DNA from: Takakia lepidozioides
Taxonomy: Eukaryota > Plantae > Bryophyta
Direction: 5' to 3'
Assembly (NCBI GenBank): GCA_030704615.1
Contig: CM060732.1
Span: forward strand, 33,790,001 to 33,854,000
DNA length: 64,000 bases
Positions 61,171 to 64,000 of the stretch are shown here, in pieces. The position numbers were made by a program, and so were the translations under genes. Positions within the stretch are counted from its first letter, which is position 1. Every line of letters begins with the position of its first letter. The notes beneath the pieces are model-generated. The model saw only the letters and a list, made by a program, of their open reading frames with translations. It was not told the origin of the DNA and made no database searches.

Positions 61171-64000
61171 ATGGCGGGAAACCCGAGCGCTACAGTGTAC
61201 TGCCCTCCTCACGAGCATAGAGCTTCATTTCCGTGCAGAGGGGACATCTGCCGGGTGATGGAGAAATATCTGTGCGTTCGATACCACCTGAAAACCAGGG
61301 TCGGTTTTTTTTTGGAGGAGGAAAGGAAGGACTCTAACGGCCTTGTTGTCGAGAGTATTGTTGTGCTCCACGATGATTTCGGCGATGGCAGGGAAGGCGA
61401 GTTCCACCATTAGACAGCGTCATATACAGGGCTGTTGGGGACTTCATTTGCCCGCCAAATGCACCTTCTATCCTGGCGCCTTCCACGAAACAATCCGCGA
61501 ATCAGAGAGTGGCTACCTCAAAGAGAGAAGTCCGCAACGAAGTAAATCCAGAGCCGAACCCATCCATGAAGACGAGCGAGGAGAACCGGGTTGTTCACAA
61601 CCTGTCCGACTCAGACGAGGTCATGGAAGTTCCGAGGTCGTCCTGGAGATCAGGCAAGTCCTCAATGGACGTCAGTGGAGGAGGGAGTCATATTCCCAGC
61701 ACGAGCACCGCAGTTCGATCTATTCTTGAAATTCTGCGAGGGCTTCACCTGGAGGGAACCGGTCGGAGCTGGCCGGGCTGGACTACAGCAAGTTCGCAAT
61801 TAAATCGGTTACATGCCTTCCTGCCGACGTCGACGGTAATATCTTCTTTGAGTTCCCTCCTCGGGCGGACTACTCGAGGGCGTCCGGAATGTGACAGATA
61901 TGGATAGAAAACATGACGGTCATCCTTGGTGCGTTACCAAAACCACCAGCATGAAGATGCTCGATGGTGTGCGGGTGCGCTACGTTGTGTGCGGGCGCGT
62001 TGCGGTGTTTCTCCCCACTTGCTTCCACTTTAAATCCAGAGGTCACAGGAACGAGACCGATTGGACAGGCACAGCTCATCAACCATTTCGTGCTCAGGAG
62101 AAGGTTCCGAACTCCACATTTAAGTGTGCACATTGCAAAGAACCACCACACTGCATGTCTTTGTAATGCCAAGCAGTTCTATGTGTTGCACCGTTTCCTT
62201 GACCTCACCCGAGCTTGCATACACGTTGGTTCCCATTGTCACAATTGGCGAGGGGGAACTCGTGGGAGGCTGCCCACGAAGCAGAGCAGCTCGTTCAGGA
62301 GGAGGTTAAGTTGAGACCGGGTGCCAAACCCAAACAGATACAGCTCCAAGCCGCCCATAAGATGGCATTGGCCAGAATTATGTCGGAAGACGGCTCCGAT
62401 AGAGTTCCTCTCGACGAGAAGGAAATGGAGGCATTGCTGGAGTCGGTGTCCCACGTATGTTCACCGAATGTCCGAAACCACATTGTCTCATGCAAACAGA
62501 AATTGGGCGTGGCTCGGATATGCACTCCATTCTGGAGGTGAAGCGATGATGTGGATATGACTACATTCATGGAAGTAGGTTTCCCGGACAAGGGACTGAG
62601 GCAGATCGTTGTTTCGTATTCAAAATGTCCAGTGTGGACCTGGCAGCGGCGTCGAACTGTCGACAGGATGACGAGTGGGAACTTGTCAAACAGTTGGGTC
62701 ATGTTCGACCATATCAAGCGAATTACAAATCACCAGTGGGTGACAATGGGTGCACATGTCCACGACACCCACTACAGGATGCTAATGACAATTGCTATTT
62801 GTGAGATGAAAGGAGATGACACACAATCGGAGATGCTTCTTTGGCAGGAATAAACGAACAGATGGCCAAGGCGGGATTGCCCCCTCCCAATTTCCGTGGT
62901 TTCATGGTGGACAACGCACAAGCAAATTGGGCTGCCATCCGAAGGGTGTACGGGCAAGACCCCAATGTTCCATGGAAGGCAAGGAGAGATCTTGTGGGTT
63001 CCCTTTTCTGCAGAGCCTTTCACAGTACACAACCAGGCTCGTGGCGCCAGGTTTCAGAGAGGAGCACCGTTCCATGTGCCTTGCGTGGAAGCGCTGCTCC
63101 CACCTTGGATGATGCAGAGACACAGTTTGCATGCATACAGGCTTGGTGGACATCGTCAGGTGCTGTAAGGAAATCAGACGAGGGAGCAATGGTCAGTTGG
63201 CTAGCATGGTGGCATTATCGTTTCCTCCAGTTCGGCGACTATATGCGGGAGGTGAGTTGCACGAATTCGCGTCCCGTTGAATATTATTCTTGGCCATATT
63301 TGTAACTTGCTTGTAACCTGAACATGTGCTTGTGCAGGAAATGTGTCTCGACTCCGACACCGACATGCCCACGAAAAACATGGCCGAATCAGTGCACTCT
63401 TCCTGGCGTGCCTCCTCTGCAGCGCATCTGGTGGACATCCTCACTGCCACAACGGAGGACATTGTGAGGTCAATTATGCAGCAATGCAGGTACAATGAGT
63501 TCTTGAAAGGGAAACAGTGGGGCTTGGGGCCGGACAAGCAGGAAATGCTGATGCGGACTGCCTCTAGATCGAAGAATCCTCGGAAGTGGGCGGCGGCCTT
63601 GCGAGAGGGCCTTCGGAACACGCCATTGCTGCGAAGAGGCCAACATATGGAAGGAGATGTTCATACCCGTCCAGTGAGACGAAGACTTGATGAGGCACCT
63701 GGCGGAGAAGAGGATTCATGGCGAGCTGACAAGAATATTCGCACGCTCCCTCGTGGTCCGGTGATGTTGCCCGAGGAGGTCTCGTCGAGCACCGCAAGTC
63801 CTGCACGTTCAAGATCGCCATCTCCTTTGAGCATAGGGCGCGTGCCCCGACAACATAACGAGCCATCTTTAGTAAAGCAGTACATCATTCCCATTGTGGA
63901 GACAAAAGTGTCGGAGTCACAGTGGAGAATTGCGAGGACATTGCCGGCATTTCGAGGGAAGTGCTGCGCCATCCGGGTGGATACGAGAGCACGCTGTGGT
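61171..64000 (+). pseudogene. MULE transposase of copy C (frameshifted, one intron, truncated by the window end)
   Basis: MDRKHDGHPWCVTKT...CAHC...HVGSHCH, WVMFDHIKR, FMVDNAQANWAAIRRVYG, intron 63252-63337, and PTKNMAESVHSSW. Collinear with the copy B transposase. Confidence 0.87.

Larger units (their letters stand above)
53815..64000. mobile_element. MULE-like element, copy C (subfamily 1); runs off the window end
   Basis: Terminus GGGGGCTGCTATTTCATGAGCGG at 53815, then cargo gene (minus), palindrome arrays and transposase (plus). Same divergent layout as copy B. Confidence 0.85.

Overview
Land-plant nuclear DNA, probably from a non-seed plant (inferred from the PLS-PPR fragment, the chromovirus and the GT-AG introns). 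One intact host gene is present: a 10-exon ER protein disulfide-isomerase ending in KDEL (11584-17376, minus). Almost everything else is nested transposable elements: a truncated Ty3/gypsy element, a full-length L1-type LINE with TSD, a Tourist-like MITE, SINE-like pieces, and a 12-kb non-autonomous CACTA that carries a PPR fragment and a nested chromovirus. The main observation is three copies, in two diverged subfamilies, of a Mutator-like (MULE) DNA transposon. It pairs a GCM/WRKY-like + DDE + SWIM transposase with a divergently transcribed, spliced cargo gene. The reconstructed cargo protein has an N-terminal ParB/Srx-like domain (VWDGNHRLQAW) and a C-terminal beta-class N4C/N6A DNA-methyltransferase-like fold (D-x-P-x-G, then ILDLTCGTG, then FAFEPD). 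Each subfamily carries non-coding arrays of its own CpG-rich palindrome (CGGCGCCG versus CGCCGGCG). This suggests a transposon-encoded, sequence-specific DNA-marking or anti-silencing system. All copies here carry stops, frameshifts or insertions. Domain calls come from motif reading by eye, not from database searches.
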